Source: Acidiferrobacterales bacterium | GTDB taxonomy: Bacteria > Pseudomonadota > Gammaproteobacteria > Acidiferrobacterales > SPGG2 | Direction: 5' to 3' | Length of the DNA: 54,445 nucleotides | NCBI GenBank assembly: GCA_046758085.1 | Contig: JBHHZP010000003.1 | Location: forward strand, 1 to 54,445 | Part shown: positions 9,860 to 22,375 of the stretch, piece after piece | How positions within the stretch are numbered: position 1 is the stretch's first letter | Layout: every line of letters starts with the position of its first letter | The notes under the pieces: model-generated | The model's input: only the letters and a program-made list of their open reading frames with translations | Databases searched by the model: none | What the model was told of the DNA's origin: nothing | Translations under genes and position numbers: made by a program

Positions 9860-10348
9860 TCATCTGTACCTCGCATCGGCCGCCCGATCGGCTGCGATCT
9901 GTTTTTCGAACTTGTCGCCCACCGTCAGTAACTGCTGCTTGGTGATGATGTTCTCGCCGCGGTTTTCGAAATGAAACTCGAAGAAGCGGGTCTCCACAAT
10001 CGAATCCACCGGACAAGACTCCTCGCAAAAACCGCAGTAGATACACTTGAACAGATCGATATCGTAACGCGTGGTGCGTCGCGTCCCGTCTGGCCGTTCT
10101 TGCGACTCAATCGTGATGGCCAACGCCGGACAGACGGCCTCACAAAGCTTGCACGCAATACAGCGTTCTTCACCGTTAGGATAACGGCGCAGCGCATGTA
10201 GCCCACGAAAACGTGGAGACAATGGGGTACGTTCCTCGGGATATTGCACCGTGATCTTTCGCGCAAACAGGTGGCGCCCGGTCACCATCAAACCCTTGAG
10301 CAACTCGAAAAGCAGAAAACTCTGAAGATAACGCTTGACTACATTCAT
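9860..10348 (-). CDS. nuoI: NADH-quinone oxidoreductase subunit I
   Basis: Two ferredoxin motifs, [12 protein letters not shown] and [12 protein letters not shown]; GAGGAGG SD before ATG 10348. Confidence 0.97.
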   Translation of the reverse strand: MNVVKRYLQSFLLFELLKGLMVTGRHLFARKITVQYPEERTPLSPRFRGLHALRRYPNGEERCIACKLCEAVCPALAITIESQERPDGTRRTTRYDIDLFKCIYCGFCEESCPVDSIVETRFFEFHFENRGENIITKQQLLTVGDKFEKQIAADRAADARYR

Positions 10349-10376
10349 CGAAATCCTCCTCAGTTGCCCCCGCTGC

Positions 10377-11420
10377 CTAGTGAAACAAGAATCCGATCGG
10401 AGTCTGCATCGCCGCCCCAATCACCACGATCCACACCAGCGTAACCGGGATAAAGACCTTCCACCCCAATCGCATAATCTGGTCATAGCGGTAGCGCGGA
10501 AACGTCGCTCGAAACCACAAGAAAAAGAACAGCACCACACAGATCTTAATGACGAGCCACGCCACACCCGGAATCCAGGTGAAGGGCGCCACATCAAGCG
10601 GTGGGTACCACCCGCCCAGGAACAGAGTGGCGGTCAGGGCGGAGATCAGAATCATGTTGGCATACTCGGCCAGAAAGAACAGCGCGAACGTCATGCCCGA
10701 GTACTCCACGTGAAAGCCGGCAACGATCTCCGATTCGCCCTCGGCGACATCGAATGGCGCGCGGTTAGTCTCGGCGACGCCCGCAATGAAATAGACCAGG
10801 AACAGCGGAAACAGCGGCCACAAATACCATTGGTGCAGCCCGCCTTGTTGCTGCAAAACGATCTCGCGCAGGTTGAGAGACTGTGCGGCCATGAGCACGC
10901 CAACCAGCGCAAACCCCATGGCAATCTCGTAGGAAACGATCTGCGCGGCCGATCTAAGCGAACCGAGGAAGGCGTATTTCGAGTTCGACGCCCAACCCGC
11001 CACAATAACACCGTAGACGCCCACTGACGTCAGCGCCAAAATAAACAACAGGCTCGCGTCGATGTTCGCAAGCACGAGTGTGTCGGTAAACGGCATAACT
11101 GCCCATGCCACGAGCGCCGGCCCAAGTGTCAGCATGGGCGCGATGATGAACAAGTACCTGTTGGCATTGGTGGGGACGATGATCTCTTTGAGCAGCAGCT
11201 TCAAGACGTCCGCGATCGGCTGCAACCAGCCGCGCGGTCCGACACGGTTGGGGCCCACGCGCATCTGCATGTAGCCGATCAGCTTGCGTTCCGCGAACGT
11301 GAGATAGGCCACCCCGAGAATCACTGGCACAAGGATGACGATAATGAACGCCAGGTTTCTCAGTGCGAGCTGCGACCAGCCGGGCATCCCGCTCCACACC
11401 GATTGGGCGAACTCAATCAC
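10377..11420 (-). CDS. nuoH: NADH-quinone oxidoreductase subunit H
   Basis: [38 protein letters not shown] start overlapping the nuoG stop is assumed. Confidence 0.96.
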   Translation of the reverse strand: MIEFAQSVWSGMPGWSQLALRNLAFIIVILVPVILGVAYLTFAERKLIGYMQMRVGPNRVGPRGWLQPIADVLKLLLKEIIVPTNANRYLFIIAPMLTLGPALVAWAVMPFTDTLVLANIDASLLFILALTSVGVYGVIVAGWASNSKYAFLGSLRSAAQIVSYEIAMGFALVGVLMAAQSLNLREIVLQQQGGLHQWYLWPLFPLFLVYFIAGVAETNRAPFDVAEGESEIVAGFHVEYSGMTFALFFLAEYANMILISALTATLFLGGWYPPLDVAPFTWIPGVAWLVIKICVVLFFFLWFRATFPRYRYDQIMRLGWKVFIPVTLVWIVVIGAAMQTPIGFLFH

Positions 11421-13840
11421 GCGCCTTGTGCCTGGATGACCGTGGTCGCGCCGTGCGGGGCGAGCGCGAAGGTCTGTGGATAGCCGGCCGGCACCCACAC
11501 GCAACCATCGGGTACACGGGAGTCGACGAGCAGCGGCAAGGTGGCCTCTCCTTCGCCCGCACTCACCGTGACTTGTTGTACCCCATCCAGCCCGAGCGCT
11601 TCGATCTGCCGCGCATTCATGCGCGCTGCCGGCGGGGGATTATCGGCAGTGCGCCGCAACGCAGGCGCGCGACGCACACAGCTGTCGACCGCGTACAACG
11701 GCACTTCGGTAATGCGCATAAGCGCCGGGCGCTCGCCGCTGCGCCGCTGCCCCAGCGCGCGGTGCTTGAGCCTGTCTGAGGGTGTGATCTGGCCAAGATC
11801 AAGCTCTGCGCGCACGTCGTCGATATTCACGTAGTCAAACCCGGGCTGACCCAGATGATTGCCCAGCACGCGCAAGATCTTCCAGCCCGGGCGCGCCTCG
11901 CCAAGAGGCGGTGTGGCATTGGAAAAACTCTGGGCGTGCCCCTCGCAGTTGACGAAAGTTCCCTCGGTCTCGGTAAATGGCGCCAGCGGCAGCAGCACAT
12001 CGGCATACTCCAGCGCCCGCGTCGTCGCCGACGATGGCTTGAACACGGCAAACATCACGACAAACTCCGCGGCCGCCATCGCCCGGCGCGTGCCAGTGCC
12101 GTCTAGACAGTCAAGGTCAGGCTCCGCGCCCAGCACGATAATTCCCCGCCGCGGCTCGTCGATCATGGCCTGCGTGGTGCGTCCGCGCAGCGCCGCTGTG
12201 CCTGCGGGGCCGCGATGCGGCACGCACCCGCCAAGCCAACCACCCACACCGTTGCCCTCAACCAGACGGCCCACGGTCGCATCGGCCGCATCCGCCACCA
12301 TCTCCGCCAGGACGCGGATAACCGCGGCTTGCGGGTGCGATGCCGCATAATTCCCCAACAGCACGCCCGAGCGATCTTTGCCGGCAAGAACCTCAGCGAT
12401 AGCACGCTCCGCCGGGGTCGGCTCCAAGGCACTGAACCACTCTGGCTTATGCGCGAGTATGCCCGGTTTGCGCGCCGATAACGCCTTGGCCACACGGGCC
12501 AGCGATTTCACCATGTCGAGCGGGTTCGTGATCACCGCATGCGCAAGCTTGTAGGTAAAATCATAGTCCACGGGGTTGATCGCCATGACTTGCGCGCCCT
12601 GAAGTTGGGCCTTGCGTACCCGGTGCCCGAGGATCGGCTGGTCCTTGCGAAGGTAAGATCCAATCAGCAGCACCGCCTCCAGATTCTCCAGATCCGCGAT
12701 CGACTGTCCGAGCCACGGATAAACAGGCGCTACCTCATCGTCACTGAAATCGACCTGGCGTAACCGGTGATCCACATTCCCCGAGCCGAGGCTGCGCATA
12801 AGCTTCTGTAACAGATAGAACTCCTCCAGCGTGCTGCCCGGTGCGGCCAAGGCGCCGAGTTGATCCGCACCATGTTGGTCGATCACTCGGGTCAAGCCGC
12901 TCGCTACAAACTCGAGCGCCGTGCTCCAGTCCACTTCGGTCCAACGGTCATTGATGCGAATCATGGGCACTTGCAGACGCTCGTCGCTGTTCACAGCTTC
13001 ATAGCTGTAGCGATCACGATCGGATAACCAGCACTCGTTAATCGCCTCGTTCTCGCGCGGCAGCACACGCATCACACGACGGCTCCGGACTTGGACATTA
13101 AGATTGGATCCCACGCAGTCGTGCGGACTGACGGCGTCGTGGCTAATCAGCTCCCAGGCGCGCGCCGTGAAACGGAACGGCTTGGAGGTCAGCGCGCCCA
13201 CCGGGCACAGGTCGATCACATTCCCGGAAAGCTCGGAGTCCACGCTTCGCTCGATAAACGTCCCAATCTCCGTATGTTCGCCGCGCCCGGTTGCACCGAG
13301 CTCCATGATGCCCGCGATCTCCTGGCCAAAACGCACGCAGCGCGTACAGTGAATGCAACGCGTCATGTCGGTCGCGATCAAAGGCCCGATATCGTGATCC
13401 GCCACGACGCGCTTATTTTCGGCGTAGCGCGAGACATCCTTGCCATACCCAAGCGCCTGGTCTTGCAGCGGGCATTCACCCCCCTGATCGCAGATCGGAC
13501 AATCGAGGGGATGATTGATCAACAAGAACTCCATCACGGCTTTCTGTGAGTAGCGGGCTGCCTCTGAATGCGTAAAGACCTTCATGCCATCGACAACTGG
13601 CGTCGCACACGCAGGCATGGGCTTGGGCGCCCGCTCGATCTCGACCAGACACATGCGGCAGTTCGCCGCTATGGACAGTTTGTGGTGGTAACAGAAGCGT
13701 GGGATGTAGATGCCGGCGGCATCGGCAGCCTGGATTACCATCGAACCTTTCCGCGCTTGCATCGGTCGGCCGTTGATCTCGATGGCGACCAGGTCGGAGG
13801 GGGGCGGCTCATTTGGTTTTGTCTGTGGTTTGGTGGTCAT
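11417..13840 (-). CDS. nuoG: NADH-quinone oxidoreductase subunit G
   Basis: [53 protein letters not shown] 13840 overlaps the nuoF stop (ATGA). Confidence 0.97.
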   Translation of the reverse strand: MTTKPQTKPNEPPPSDLVAIEINGRPMQARKGSMVIQAADAAGIYIPRFCYHHKLSIAANCRMCLVEIERAPKPMPACATPVVDGMKVFTHSEAARYSQKAVMEFLLINHPLDCPICDQGGECPLQDQALGYGKDVSRYAENKRVVADHDIGPLIATDMTRCIHCTRCVRFGQEIAGIMELGATGRGEHTEIGTFIERSVDSELSGNVIDLCPVGALTSKPFRFTARAWELISHDAVSPHDCVGSNLNVQVRSRRVMRVLPRENEAINECWLSDRDRYSYEAVNSDERLQVPMIRINDRWTEVDWSTALEFVASGLTRVIDQHGADQLGALAAPGSTLEEFYLLQKLMRSLGSGNVDHRLRQVDFSDDEVAPVYPWLGQSIADLENLEAVLLIGSYLRKDQPILGHRVRKAQLQGAQVMAINPVDYDFTYKLAHAVITNPLDMVKSLARVAKALSARKPGILAHKPEWFSALEPTPAERAIAEVLAGKDRSGVLLGNYAASHPQAAVIRVLAEMVADAADATVGRLVEGNGVGGWLGGCVPHRGPAGTAALRGRTTQAMIDEPRRGIIVLGAEPDLDCLDGTGTRRAMAAAEFVVMFAVFKPSSATTRALEYADVLLPLAPFTETEGTFVNCEGHAQSFSNATPPLGEARPGWKILRVLGNHLGQPGFDYVNIDDVRAELDLGQITPSDRLKHRALGQRRSGERPALMRITEVPLYAVDSCVRRAPALRRTADNPPPAARMNARQIEALGLDGVQQVTVSAGEGEATLPLLVDSRVPDGCVWVPAGYPQTFALAPHGATTVIQAQGA

Positions 13841-15156
13841 CGGGCGGCACCCCACGCACTTCTTAGCTCGTACTTGCCGGTGCCCGGCAAACAACAGCCG
13901 TGGTCGATATGGTGCTTGAACTCCCCGCGAAAGTGGTGGACGAAGCTTTGTACGGGCCATGCCGTGGCTTCACCGAAGGCACAAATTGTACGGCCTTCGA
14001 TCTTGCTCGCGACATCGTCAAGCATGTCCAGGTCCTCGGGCCGTCCGTGACCGTGTTCGATACGGTGAACCATGCGCGCGAGCCAGCCGCTGCCTTCACG
14101 GCACGGCGTGCACTGCCCACAGGATTCTTCGTAGTAGAAATGTGCGATTCGCCCCAGCGCCTGCACCATGCACGTGGTCTCATCCATGACGATCACCGCA
14201 CCGGAGCCAAGCATCGAGCCCGCCTTCGCCAGCGAGTCAAAATCCATGTCGAGACCCATCATGACGTCTGCCGGCAAGACCTTGGCGGAGCTGCCGCCCG
14301 GGATCACTGCCTTGAGTGTGTGGCCGCTGCGGACCCCGCCCGCAAGGCCCAGCAGCTTGGCGAATGGCGTGCCCAGTGCGACCTCGTAGTTACCCGGTGC
14401 GTTGACGTGCCCCGACACCGAGAAGATTTTTGTGCCGCCGTTGTTGGGCTTGCCCATCTCGAGAAACTTCTGCCCGCCGTGGCGCAGAATATAAGGCACC
14501 GACGCCAGGGTCTCGGTGTTATTGACCGTCGTCGGTCGCCCGAACAATCCGTAGTTGGCCGGGAATGGGGGTTTATAGCGTGGTAGCGCTTTCTTGCCCT
14601 CCAGTGACTCCAACATCGCGGTTTCCTCGCCGACGATGTAGGCTCCGGCACCCAAATGATTGTGCAGGTCAAAATCAACGCCAGAGCCGAGAATGTTCTT
14701 GCCCAACAAACCGGCGGCGTACGCCTCCTTCCGCGCGGCCTCACACCGGGCGAAGGGTTCGCGAAACTCTCCACGCAGATAGTTGTATCCGACCGTGGCA
14801 CCGGTGACATAGCCGGCAATCGCCATGCCCTCGATCACGGCATGCGGGTTGTAGCGCAGGATGTCTCGATCCTTGTATGTACCGGGCTCGCCTTCGTCGG
14901 AGTTACACACCAGATACATTTGCGCCGACGTGTTGCGCGGCATGAAGCTCCATTTCACGCCGGTCGGAAACCCGGCTCCACCGCGACCCCGCAATGCTGA
15001 AGTCTTCAGCTCCTCAATAATTTTTTCGGGTGAAATCTTCTCCTTAAGGACCTTCCTCCACATGTCATAACCGCCCACGGCCTCGTACGTGACGAGCCTC
15101 CAGGGCTCTTTAAGCTTGAGATGGGCAAAACAAACTTCGTTCAGCAACGTGTTCAC
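13837..15156 (-). CDS. nuoF: NADH-quinone oxidoreductase subunit F
   Basis: [36 protein letters not shown]. Confidence 0.97.
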   Translation of the reverse strand: MNTLLNEVCFAHLKLKEPWRLVTYEAVGGYDMWRKVLKEKISPEKIIEELKTSALRGRGGAGFPTGVKWSFMPRNTSAQMYLVCNSDEGEPGTYKDRDILRYNPHAVIEGMAIAGYVTGATVGYNYLRGEFREPFARCEAARKEAYAAGLLGKNILGSGVDFDLHNHLGAGAYIVGEETAMLESLEGKKALPRYKPPFPANYGLFGRPTTVNNTETLASVPYILRHGGQKFLEMGKPNNGGTKIFSVSGHVNAPGNYEVALGTPFAKLLGLAGGVRSGHTLKAVIPGGSSAKVLPADVMMGLDMDFDSLAKAGSMLGSGAVIVMDETTCMVQALGRIAHFYYEESCGQCTPCREGSGWLARMVHRIEHGHGRPEDLDMLDDVASKIEGRTICAFGEATAWPVQSFVHHFRGEFKHHIDHGCCLPGTGKYELRSAWGAAR

Positions 15157-15662
15157 TCCAGGCTATCGAGAATTTCGTCCACCTTGGCCGGCGTCAGGTT
15201 TTCATAGTACACACCATCGACCATAAACATGGGTGCGCCGCCGCATGCCGCAAGACATTCGGCCTCCTTGATGGTGAACTTGCCATCCGTTGTCGTCTCA
15301 CCGAGCTCGATGCCTAGCCTCTTTTCAACATGATCTACAATCACTTGGGAGCCGCACAACATACAAGCAATATTGGTGCACACGTAGATCTTGTGGCGAC
15401 CTACCGGTTCGAGGTCGTAGAGCGTATAAAACGTCGCTACTTCATAAACGGCGATTGGGGGCATTTCCAGATACTCGGCCACCGCATCTATGAGCTCCGT
15501 GCTCAGCCAACCGCCGTTTTGTTCCTGCACGATAAGAAGCGCCGCCATCACGGCAGCCTGTTTTTGCTCCGGCGGGTACTTGGCAATCCAATCGTCGATC
15601 CGCGCGCGTGAATCCGGGCTGATGAGGTCTATAACGGGTACGGGGCTGGTCTGTGCCATCAT
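15153..15662 (-). CDS. nuoE: NADH-quinone oxidoreductase subunit E
   Basis: VYEVATFY; 2Fe-2S ligands CTNIACML and [10 protein letters not shown]. Confidence 0.97.
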   Translation of the reverse strand: MMAQTSPVPVIDLISPDSRARIDDWIAKYPPEQKQAAVMAALLIVQEQNGGWLSTELIDAVAEYLEMPPIAVYEVATFYTLYDLEPVGRHKIYVCTNIACMLCGSQVIVDHVEKRLGIELGETTTDGKFTIKEAECLAACGGAPMFMVDGVYYENLTPAKVDEILDSLE

Positions 15663-16912
15663 CGGTCGATCTCCCCGAAGACGATATCCTGCGTTCCGAT
15701 GATCGCCACCACATCGGCAAGCATGTGACCGCGTGCCATCTCATCCAACGCCGCGAGGTGGGCGAAACCGGGGGCGCGGATCTTAAGTCGATAAGGTTTG
15801 TTTGCGCCATCGGATATCAGGTACACACCGAACTCCCCTTTCGGCGCTTCCACCGCCGCATAGGCCTCCCCTTCAGGGATACAAAAGCCCTCCGTGAAGA
15901 GCTTGAAGTGGTGTATGAGCGCCTCCATGTCGTCTTTCATGCGCTCGCGTCTGGGTGGCACCAGTTTGTGATCTTCAATCATTACGGGGCCCGGGTTGTC
16001 GCGCAACCATTGCACGCACTGGCGGATGATCCGGTTCGCCTGGCGCATTTCCGCGATGCGTACGAGGTAGCGATCATAGCAATCCCCATGGACACCGACC
16101 GGGATATCGAAATCCATCCGGTCATAGACTTCGTAGGGCTGTTTCTTGCGCAAGTCCCATTCCACGCCTGAGCCGCGCAGCATCGGGCCTGTCAGGCCCA
16201 ATTGCAACGCGCGCTCGGGTGACACCACGCCAATGCCGACGGTGCGCTGCTTCCAGATTCGATTGTCTGTGAGCAGCGTCTCGTAATCATCGACATGTCC
16301 GGGAAACCGCTCGGTGAAGTCCCAAATAAATTCAAGCAGCGAGCCTTGACGGTTGGCGTTCCACCGCTGCACGTCCTTCTTATTGTGCCATTTGGACGGC
16401 TGATACTGCGGCATGCTATCCGGCAGGTCCCGGTAGACACCGCCCACCCGATAATAGGTCGCGTGCATGCGTGCGCCCGATACCGCCTCGTAACAGTCGA
16501 ACAAATCTTCACGTTCACGAAAGCAGTAGAGAAATATGGTCATGGCACCGATATCGAGCCCGTGGGTGCCAAGCCACAGCAGATGATTGAGAATGCGCGT
16601 GATTTCATCAAACATGACACGGATGTATTGCGCCCGAATCGGCACGGTCACACCTAGGAGCTTCTCCATTGCGAGCACGTAGCCGTGCTCGTTGCACATC
16701 ATGGACACGTAATCGAGCCGGTCCATGTAACCGATGCTGTGGTTGTAAGGCTTGCTCTCGGCGAGTTTTTCCGTTGCACGATGCAAGAGTCCGATGTGCG
16801 GGTCGGCGCGCTCAACGACTTCCCCATCGAGCTCCAGCACTAGGCGCAGCACGCCGTGCGCCGCCGGGTGCTGCGGACCGAAGTTCATGGTGTAGTTACG
16901 GATTTCGGCCAC
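15659..16912 (-). CDS. nuoD: NADH-quinone oxidoreductase subunit D
   Basis: [15 protein letters not shown]...DIVFGEIDR. Probable GTG start at 16912. Not fused to NuoC. Confidence 0.97.
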   Translation of the reverse strand: MAEIRNYTMNFGPQHPAAHGVLRLVLELDGEVVERADPHIGLLHRATEKLAESKPYNHSIGYMDRLDYVSMMCNEHGYVLAMEKLLGVTVPIRAQYIRVMFDEITRILNHLLWLGTHGLDIGAMTIFLYCFREREDLFDCYEAVSGARMHATYYRVGGVYRDLPDSMPQYQPSKWHNKKDVQRWNANRQGSLLEFIWDFTERFPGHVDDYETLLTDNRIWKQRTVGIGVVSPERALQLGLTGPMLRGSGVEWDLRKKQPYEVYDRMDFDIPVGVHGDCYDRYLVRIAEMRQANRIIRQCVQWLRDNPGPVMIEDHKLVPPRRERMKDDMEALIHHFKLFTEGFCIPEGEAYAAVEAPKGEFGVYLISDGANKPYRLKIRAPGFAHLAALDEMARGHMLADVVAIIGTQDIVFGEIDR

Positions 16913-17507
16913 CGAATCCTTCCTCACGAATGACACGGGGCACCAGAATCCGCGGTTCGATGCTCACCGGTTGGTAGACGACCCGTTGCTTCTCGGCGTC
17001 GTAGCGCATTTCCACTTCTCCGCTCAGCGGAAAGTCCTTGCGGAAAGGATGCCCAACGAAGCCGTAATCAGTCAGGATCCGGCGCAAGTCCGGATGGCCT
17101 TCGAACACGATGCCGAACAGGTCGAACGCCTCGCGCTCAAACCAGTTCGCGGAGTTCCAGATGCCGACAACGGAGTCCAACACCGGTGGCTCGTCGTCAA
17201 GAAAAGTACGCAGGCGAATTCGCCGGTTGTGCGTAAGAGACAGCAAATGGTATACGACCGCGAAGCGTGGGCCTGTTCTTGCGCCTTCGGGAGCCTCGTG
17301 CCGATAGGCCTGATAATCTACGCCGCAAAGATCTATAAGCTGCTCGAAAGAAAAAAGCGGATCATCACGCATGGTACGACAGACTTGCAAGGCCTTATCG
17401 CGCTTGATCTCCAGCGTCAGTTCACCGACCGCCTCGATCGTGTTGACGATTGCCTCACCCAGCGTTTCCTTGGCGTGCGCGGCGACAGCCCCTCGTGAAC
17501 CAGTCAT
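16896..17507 (-). CDS. nuoC: NADH-quinone oxidoreductase subunit C
   Basis: [41 protein letters not shown]. Confidence 0.97.
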   Translation of the reverse strand: MTGSRGAVAAHAKETLGEAIVNTIEAVGELTLEIKRDKALQVCRTMRDDPLFSFEQLIDLCGVDYQAYRHEAPEGARTGPRFAVVYHLLSLTHNRRIRLRTFLDDEPPVLDSVVGIWNSANWFEREAFDLFGIVFEGHPDLRRILTDYGFVGHPFRKDFPLSGEVEMRYDAEKQRVVYQPVSIEPRILVPRVIREEGFGGRNP

Positions 17508-17529
17508 CGACGAATGCTCTTTGTTGATC

Positions 17530-18006
17530 TCAGCGGGCGATGGTATTGGTACGTCTTATTTTTTTCTTCAGCTGAATAATACCGTATAGCAGCGCCTCGG
17601 CTGTCGGCGGACAACCCGGCACGTACACATCGACAGGAACGATGCGATCACAACCGCGCACAACTGAGTACGAGTAATGATAGTAACCCCCACCATTGGC
17701 ACACGAGCCCATGGAGATTACCCAGCGCGGTTCTGCCATCTGATCGTAGACTTTGCGCAGCGCCGGCGCCATCTTGTTGACCAGCGTGCCGGCCACGATC
17801 ATGACATCGGATTGTCTTGGGCTGGGTCGAAAGAGCATACCGAAACGATCGATGTCATAGCGAGCGGCGCCCGCGTGCATCATCTCGACAGCGCAACAGG
17901 CAAGACCGAAAGTCATCGGCCACATGGATCCGGTGCGTGTCCAGTTAATGAGCTTGTCGAGTTGAGTGGTTGTCCAACCCCCTTCCAGCGCGCCTTCTAT
18001 TCCCAT
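17530..18006 (-). CDS. nuoB: NADH-quinone oxidoreductase subunit B
   Basis: [33 protein letters not shown]. Start at MGIEG. Confidence 0.97.
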   Translation of the reverse strand: MGIEGALEGGWTTTQLDKLINWTRTGSMWPMTFGLACCAVEMMHAGAARYDIDRFGMLFRPSPRQSDVMIVAGTLVNKMAPALRKVYDQMAEPRWVISMGSCANGGGYYHYSYSVVRGCDRIVPVDVYVPGCPPTAEALLYGIIQLKKKIRRTNTIAR

Positions 18007-18353
18007 TCCAGCGCTCCCTTCTTCCATTCGTACAGAAAACCGATAATCAGAATCCCCAGAAACAGCATCATGGACAGAAAACCGAATAGTCCAATCTCTT
18101 CAAGCACAATCGCCCACGGAAACAGGAATGCAATTTCCAAATCAAAAATGATGAATAAGATTGCTACCAGGTAATAGCGCACATCAAACTTCATGCGCGA
18201 ATCCTCGAACGCCTCGAAACCGCATTCATAGGGTGAGAGCTTCTCGCTGTCCGGGTTATGCGGGCCCAGGATTCCGCCCAATAACATCAGCGCAGCACCC
18301 AGAAACAGCGCAACGGCCATGAAAATCAAGATCGGGAGATAGTTCGCTAGCAT
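17997..18353 (-). CDS. nuoA: NADH-quinone oxidoreductase subunit A
   Basis: [35 protein letters not shown]. Confidence 0.97.
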   Translation of the reverse strand: MLANYLPILIFMAVALFLGAALMLLGGILGPHNPDSEKLSPYECGFEAFEDSRMKFDVRYYLVAILFIIFDLEIAFLFPWAIVLEEIGLFGFLSMMLFLGILIIGFLYEWKKGALEWE

Positions 18354-18435
18354 CCGTAACCCCGGCGACCGTCAACGCCAGTCCGATATGGCCTGCTGAC
18401 TTCAGACAATATACCTGCCCGGAACGGGCGCTTCG

Positions 18436-18465
18436 AGTCTAGGCTTGCGGCTTGCGAAAAGTCAA
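18436..18465 (-). promoter_or_regulatory. Putative sigma70 promoter of the nuo operon
   Basis: Minus strand TTGACT-N18-TAGACT, about 80 nt upstream of nuoA. Confidence 0.45.
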
Positions 18466-18609
18466 GCTGGCGGCGGCACAGATCCATTGTAATTCAAAAG
18501 GTTATGCAAACGCCGGAGGATCAAACAAACCCGTCGCGCAGAAACGCGTGCAGCTTGTGTATTTCCCCTACATCGCGCGCGCCGAGCGCTCCTTCTTCGA
18601 TTGCGAAAA

Positions 18610-18694
18610 TGGTGCCGAAGGCGGGACTCGAACCCGCACGGCTCACGCCACCGCCCCCTCAAGACGGCGTGTCTACCAGTTCCACCACTTCGGC
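18610..18694 (-). tRNA. tRNA-Leu (GAG)
   Basis: 85 nt, GCCGAAGTGGTGGAACTGGTAGAC...CCGTC-TT-GAG-GG-GGCGG, long variable arm, GGTTCGAGTCC...CTTCGGCACCA. Usual position after secG. Confidence 0.97.
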
Positions 18695-18759
18695 TATGCA
18701 GATCGCTGTGGGGTCGGTTATCCAACCCCCCAGCCCGGCGCTGCCACTCCTCGTTTTGA

Positions 18760-19122
18760 CTAGCGCGGCACTTCAGGTACATCGCCCGGCGGGCTCGTGC
18801 TCTCGGGAATCGCGGGGGTCTCTTCTTGCGCAGCCGGCTCTGTTACGACCTCTTCAACCGTTACGCCTTGCGTCACGCTCGGGGGGGCCGTGCCGCGCAA
18901 AGCGAACGCCGTCAGCGTCATGCTCGTGATAAAAAAGACCGTGGCCAGCACAGCCGTAACACGCGTGAGAAAGTTGGCCGAGCCGCGAGCCCCAAACAGC
19001 GTCTGCGAGGCGCCGCTGCCGAATGCCGCCCCGACGTCGGCGCCTTTTCCCTGCTGCAGCAACACCAGGGTCACCAGACCCACCGCTGCCAGCACATGTA
19101 AAACAAGAACCAGTTCTTGCAT
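18760..19122 (-). CDS. secG: Preprotein translocase subunit SecG
   Basis: [26 protein letters not shown]...[10 protein letters not shown]. Confidence 0.96.
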   Translation of the reverse strand: MQELVLVLHVLAAVGLVTLVLLQQGKGADVGAAFGSGASQTLFGARGSANFLTRVTAVLATVFFITSMTLTAFALRGTAPPSVTQGVTVEEVVTEPAAQEETPAIPESTSPPGDVPEVPR

Positions 19123-19137
19123 ATTCGCCCCTCGCGA

Positions 19138-19893
19138 TCAGCTCGCCGCCCGATAAATCTCCAGAAACTCATCTGCATCGAGCGAGGCGCCGCCGATCAG
19201 GCCACCATCGATGTCCATTTCACCAAATAACGCCCGCGCGTTCCCGGCCTTTACGCTCCCACCGTACAGAATACGTGAATTATGACCAATTGCGCCATCC
19301 ACTGCCGCAAGCCTTTGCCGAATAAACTGATGCACTTCCTCGGCTTGTGTGGGTGTGGCGGTCTTGCCGGTCCCGATCGCCCACACCGGTTCGTAGGCAA
19401 TCACGGCGTTGCGAAACGGCTCAATCCCGTGGGCTGCGAGCACGGCGCCAAGCTGGTTTGCGACGACCGCCTGCGTCTGCCCCGCCTCGCGTTGCTGCAG
19501 GGACTCCCCAAGACACAAGATGGGCGTCAATTCAGCGTCTAGCGCCGCTCCAAATTTTTCCGCCACGACCTGGTCGTCTTCCCCGTAGAGCGTGCGCCGT
19601 TCGGAGTGTCCGACGATGACGTACTGACAACCGCAGTCGCGCAGCATCGGAGCGGAAACCTCACCCGTATAAGCGCCAAATCGATGCGTACTCACATTCT
19701 GTGCGCCGCACGCGATACCGCTGCGCCCCTCGAGCTGCTCGGCGACCAGCGCAATTAACGTGAACGGCGGACACACGACCAGTTCAACCGGGATCGTCAG
19801 GTTCGTGCCCCTCAGAATGCGGTCTACCAGGGCCGCCGCCTGCGCGCGCGTCCCGTTCATTTTCCAGTTTCCTGCGACCAGGGGTCGACGCAT
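19138..19893 (-). CDS. tpiA: Triosephosphate isomerase
   Basis: AGNWKMN, GHSERR, AYEPVWAIGTG, GGASL. Confidence 0.98.
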   Translation of the reverse strand: MRRPLVAGNWKMNGTRAQAAALVDRILRGTNLTIPVELVVCPPFTLIALVAEQLEGRSGIACGAQNVSTHRFGAYTGEVSAPMLRDCGCQYVIVGHSERRTLYGEDDQVVAEKFGAALDAELTPILCLGESLQQREAGQTQAVVANQLGAVLAAHGIEPFRNAVIAYEPVWAIGTGKTATPTQAEEVHQFIRQRLAAVDGAIGHNSRILYGGSVKAGNARALFGEMDIDGGLIGGASLDADEFLEIYRAAS

Positions 19894-20103
19894 TAAGCTC
19901 TCCGCTCGCCTCGCGCTATGCGCGACTTTACGCGCGCGCGATGTTACCGGCCACCGTCCCAGAAAGCAATTTGCACCCGGTTCTGCCGCTAGCGGATTGC
20001 GCGCGGGCTCGGTGGAATCTCAATGCACACCGCGCGGCGCTCGCCTTCGGGGGCGAGAACCCGATTAGAATAATCGGCGGTTAGGCGATACCTGCACTAC
20101 CCG

Positions 20104-21486
20104 TTAGGCCGCTTCGCGGGCGGCGGACTTAACAGCGTCCGCCAGCTGCTGCGCCAGACGCTCGACCAATTTCGCATCGGCGCCTTCCACCATTACCCGG
20201 ATCACCGGTTCCGTACCAGATGCGCGCAGCAGCACACGCCCCTGATCGCCGAGCTCGGCTTCGACCGCGTGCACGGCACGCAGGACTCGCCGGGAGCGCC
20301 GTATATCGACCCCTTGTCGCCCGCGGCGCTTGTCGCCCGCGGCCGTGGGGGCCGGTACATTGACAATGGTCTGCGGGAATACCTGCATGCTCTGCTTGAG
20401 CTCGGCCAGGGTCGTGCCGGAATCCGTGATCACCGCCAGCACCTGCAACGCCGTGACGATACCGTCGCCCGTGGTGCTCTTGTCGAGGCAGATGACATGA
20501 CCGGACGACTCGCCCCCGAGCTCCCACCCCTCAGCCTGCAGCATGCTCATCACATAACGGTCTCCGACGCGTGCACGTTTGAATGGGATAGCTCTTGCCG
20601 CGCAGGCATGCTCAAGCCCGAGATTACTCATTAGTGTGCCCACGATGCCCCCGTTAAGCGCCTCCGCCGCGTGGCGCGCTGCGCCGATGATGAACAAAAT
20701 CTGGTCGCCATCCACATAGCTGCCAGCATGATCCACCATAACAACGCGATCGCCGTCGCCATCCAAGGCGATGCCCAGGTCCGCCCCTTCGGCGCGTACC
20801 GCCTTTTGCAACGTTGCCGGATACGTTGACCCGCACTCGGAGTTGATATTGAAACCATCGGGCTCATCGGCAATCGGAATGACGTGCGCACCTAGCTCAG
20901 CAAAAACCGTGGGTGCGATCTGGTAGGCGGCCCCGTTGGCACAGTCGACCACGACGGTAAGACCATCGAGGCCGCCCTTTGCCTGAAAAGTGCTCTTGCA
21001 AAACTCGATATAGCGACCGGCCGCGTGTCGATAACGCTCGGCCTTACCGAGCGAAGCCGAGTCCACTGTGTACATGGAACGTTGCATGGCACTCTCGATC
21101 GCCAGCTCGAGGTCATCGGGGAGCTTGGTGCCCTCCGCGCAGAAGAACTTGATGCCGTTGTCATGATAAGGATTATGCGAGGCGCTGATCACGATCCCGG
21201 CGCGTGCACGCGCGGTGCGCGTCAGATAGGCTATGCCCGGTGTCGGCATGGGGCCGAGCAGGCTCACGTCCGTGCCTGCCGCCGACAGCCCCGACTCCAG
21301 CGCCGACTCGAGCAAGTAACCCGACACGCGGGTGTCCTTGCCGATCAGGACCCGCCCGCGGTCGCCACCGTCAGCGCCCAGCACACAGCCCACAGCCCAG
21401 CCCAGCTTCAACACGGTCTCGGGCGTGATCGGCTCCTCACCGACACGGCCGCGAATACCATCGGTGCCAAAATAACGCTTCTTCAT
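20104..21486 (-). CDS. glmM: Phosphoglucosamine mutase
   Basis: [36 protein letters not shown]. Confidence 0.97.
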   Translation of the reverse strand: MKKRYFGTDGIRGRVGEEPITPETVLKLGWAVGCVLGADGGDRGRVLIGKDTRVSGYLLESALESGLSAAGTDVSLLGPMPTPGIAYLTRTARARAGIVISASHNPYHDNGIKFFCAEGTKLPDDLELAIESAMQRSMYTVDSASLGKAERYRHAAGRYIEFCKSTFQAKGGLDGLTVVVDCANGAAYQIAPTVFAELGAHVIPIADEPDGFNINSECGSTYPATLQKAVRAEGADLGIALDGDGDRVVMVDHAGSYVDGDQILFIIGAARHAAEALNGGIVGTLMSNLGLEHACAARAIPFKRARVGDRYVMSMLQAEGWELGGESSGHVICLDKSTTGDGIVTALQVLAVITDSGTTLAELKQSMQVFPQTIVNVPAPTAAGDKRRGRQGVDIRRSRRVLRAVHAVEAELGDQGRVLLRASGTEPVIRVMVEGADAKLVERLAQQLADAVKSAAREAA

Positions 21487-21511
21487 TGCTCCCCCTCTGG
21501 GACTTCACGAA

Positions 21512-22375
21512 TTAGCCGGCGCGATAGACCGCCTCGGTCATACGAACCGCCTCGCACGTGGCACCGACATCATGTGCCCGCACAAGGTTGGCTCCGTTTT
21601 CCACTGCCACCACCGCCAACGCCACGCTGGCGATCATGCGCCGCTCCAGCGGCAGGTCCAGGACCTTGGCAATCATGGACTTGCGCGACAGCCCCACAAG
21701 CACAGGCGCGCCCAGCGTCTGAAGCTCACCAAGGTTGCGTAACAGCTCGAGATTATGTTCCAGTGTCTTGCCAAAACCAAAACCCGGGTCGACGATAATG
21801 TTAGCAGCATGGATGCCCGCGTCCCGACACGCTTGGCTGCGCAAACGCAAGAACTCCTTCACCTCCTGCACGACATCGTCATAACGTGGATCCTCCTGCA
21901 TGGTTCGAGGTTCCCCTTGCATGTGCATCAGACAAACCGGAACCCCCAACTGCGCCGCCGTCTGCAGCGCCCCGGGGCCACGTAACGCCCGCACATCGTT
22001 GATCATGCCGGCTCCGACAGCGACCGCCGCACGCATTACCTCGGGCTTGGACGTGTCGATTGATATCGGAACCGCGATCACCTGGTGCAACGCCTCGATG
22101 AGCGGTATCACCCGAGCCAGCTCTTCCTGAACCGAGACGCCCCGTGCGCCGGGGCGGGTCGACTCACCCCCGATGTCGATGATGGCCGCGCCCTCGGCGA
22201 CCATTCGTATTGCATGATCGACGGCGCGATCCCGTGCCAAAAAAAGACCCCCGTCCGAGAACGAATCGGGGGTTACATTCAGGACTCCCATGACGCCAAC
22301 GCGGCCCAGATCAAGGACCCGCCCGCCACAGTCCAGCCGCGTCACACGGGCATCAATGCTCGCCTGCAGGGTCAC
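21512..22375 (-). CDS. folP: Dihydropteroate synthase
   Basis: [35 protein letters not shown]. Exact start uncertain (overlaps the ftsH end). Confidence 0.96.
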   Translation of the reverse strand: MTLQASIDARVTRLDCGGRVLDLGRVGVMGVLNVTPDSFSDGGLFLARDRAVDHAIRMVAEGAAIIDIGGESTRPGARGVSVQEELARVIPLIEALHQVIAVPISIDTSKPEVMRAAVAVGAGMINDVRALRGPGALQTAAQLGVPVCLMHMQGEPRTMQEDPRYDDVVQEVKEFLRLRSQACRDAGIHAANIIVDPGFGFGKTLEHNLELLRNLGELQTLGAPVLVGLSRKSMIAKVLDLPLERRMIASVALAVVAVENGANLVRAHDVGATCEAVRMTEAVYRAG

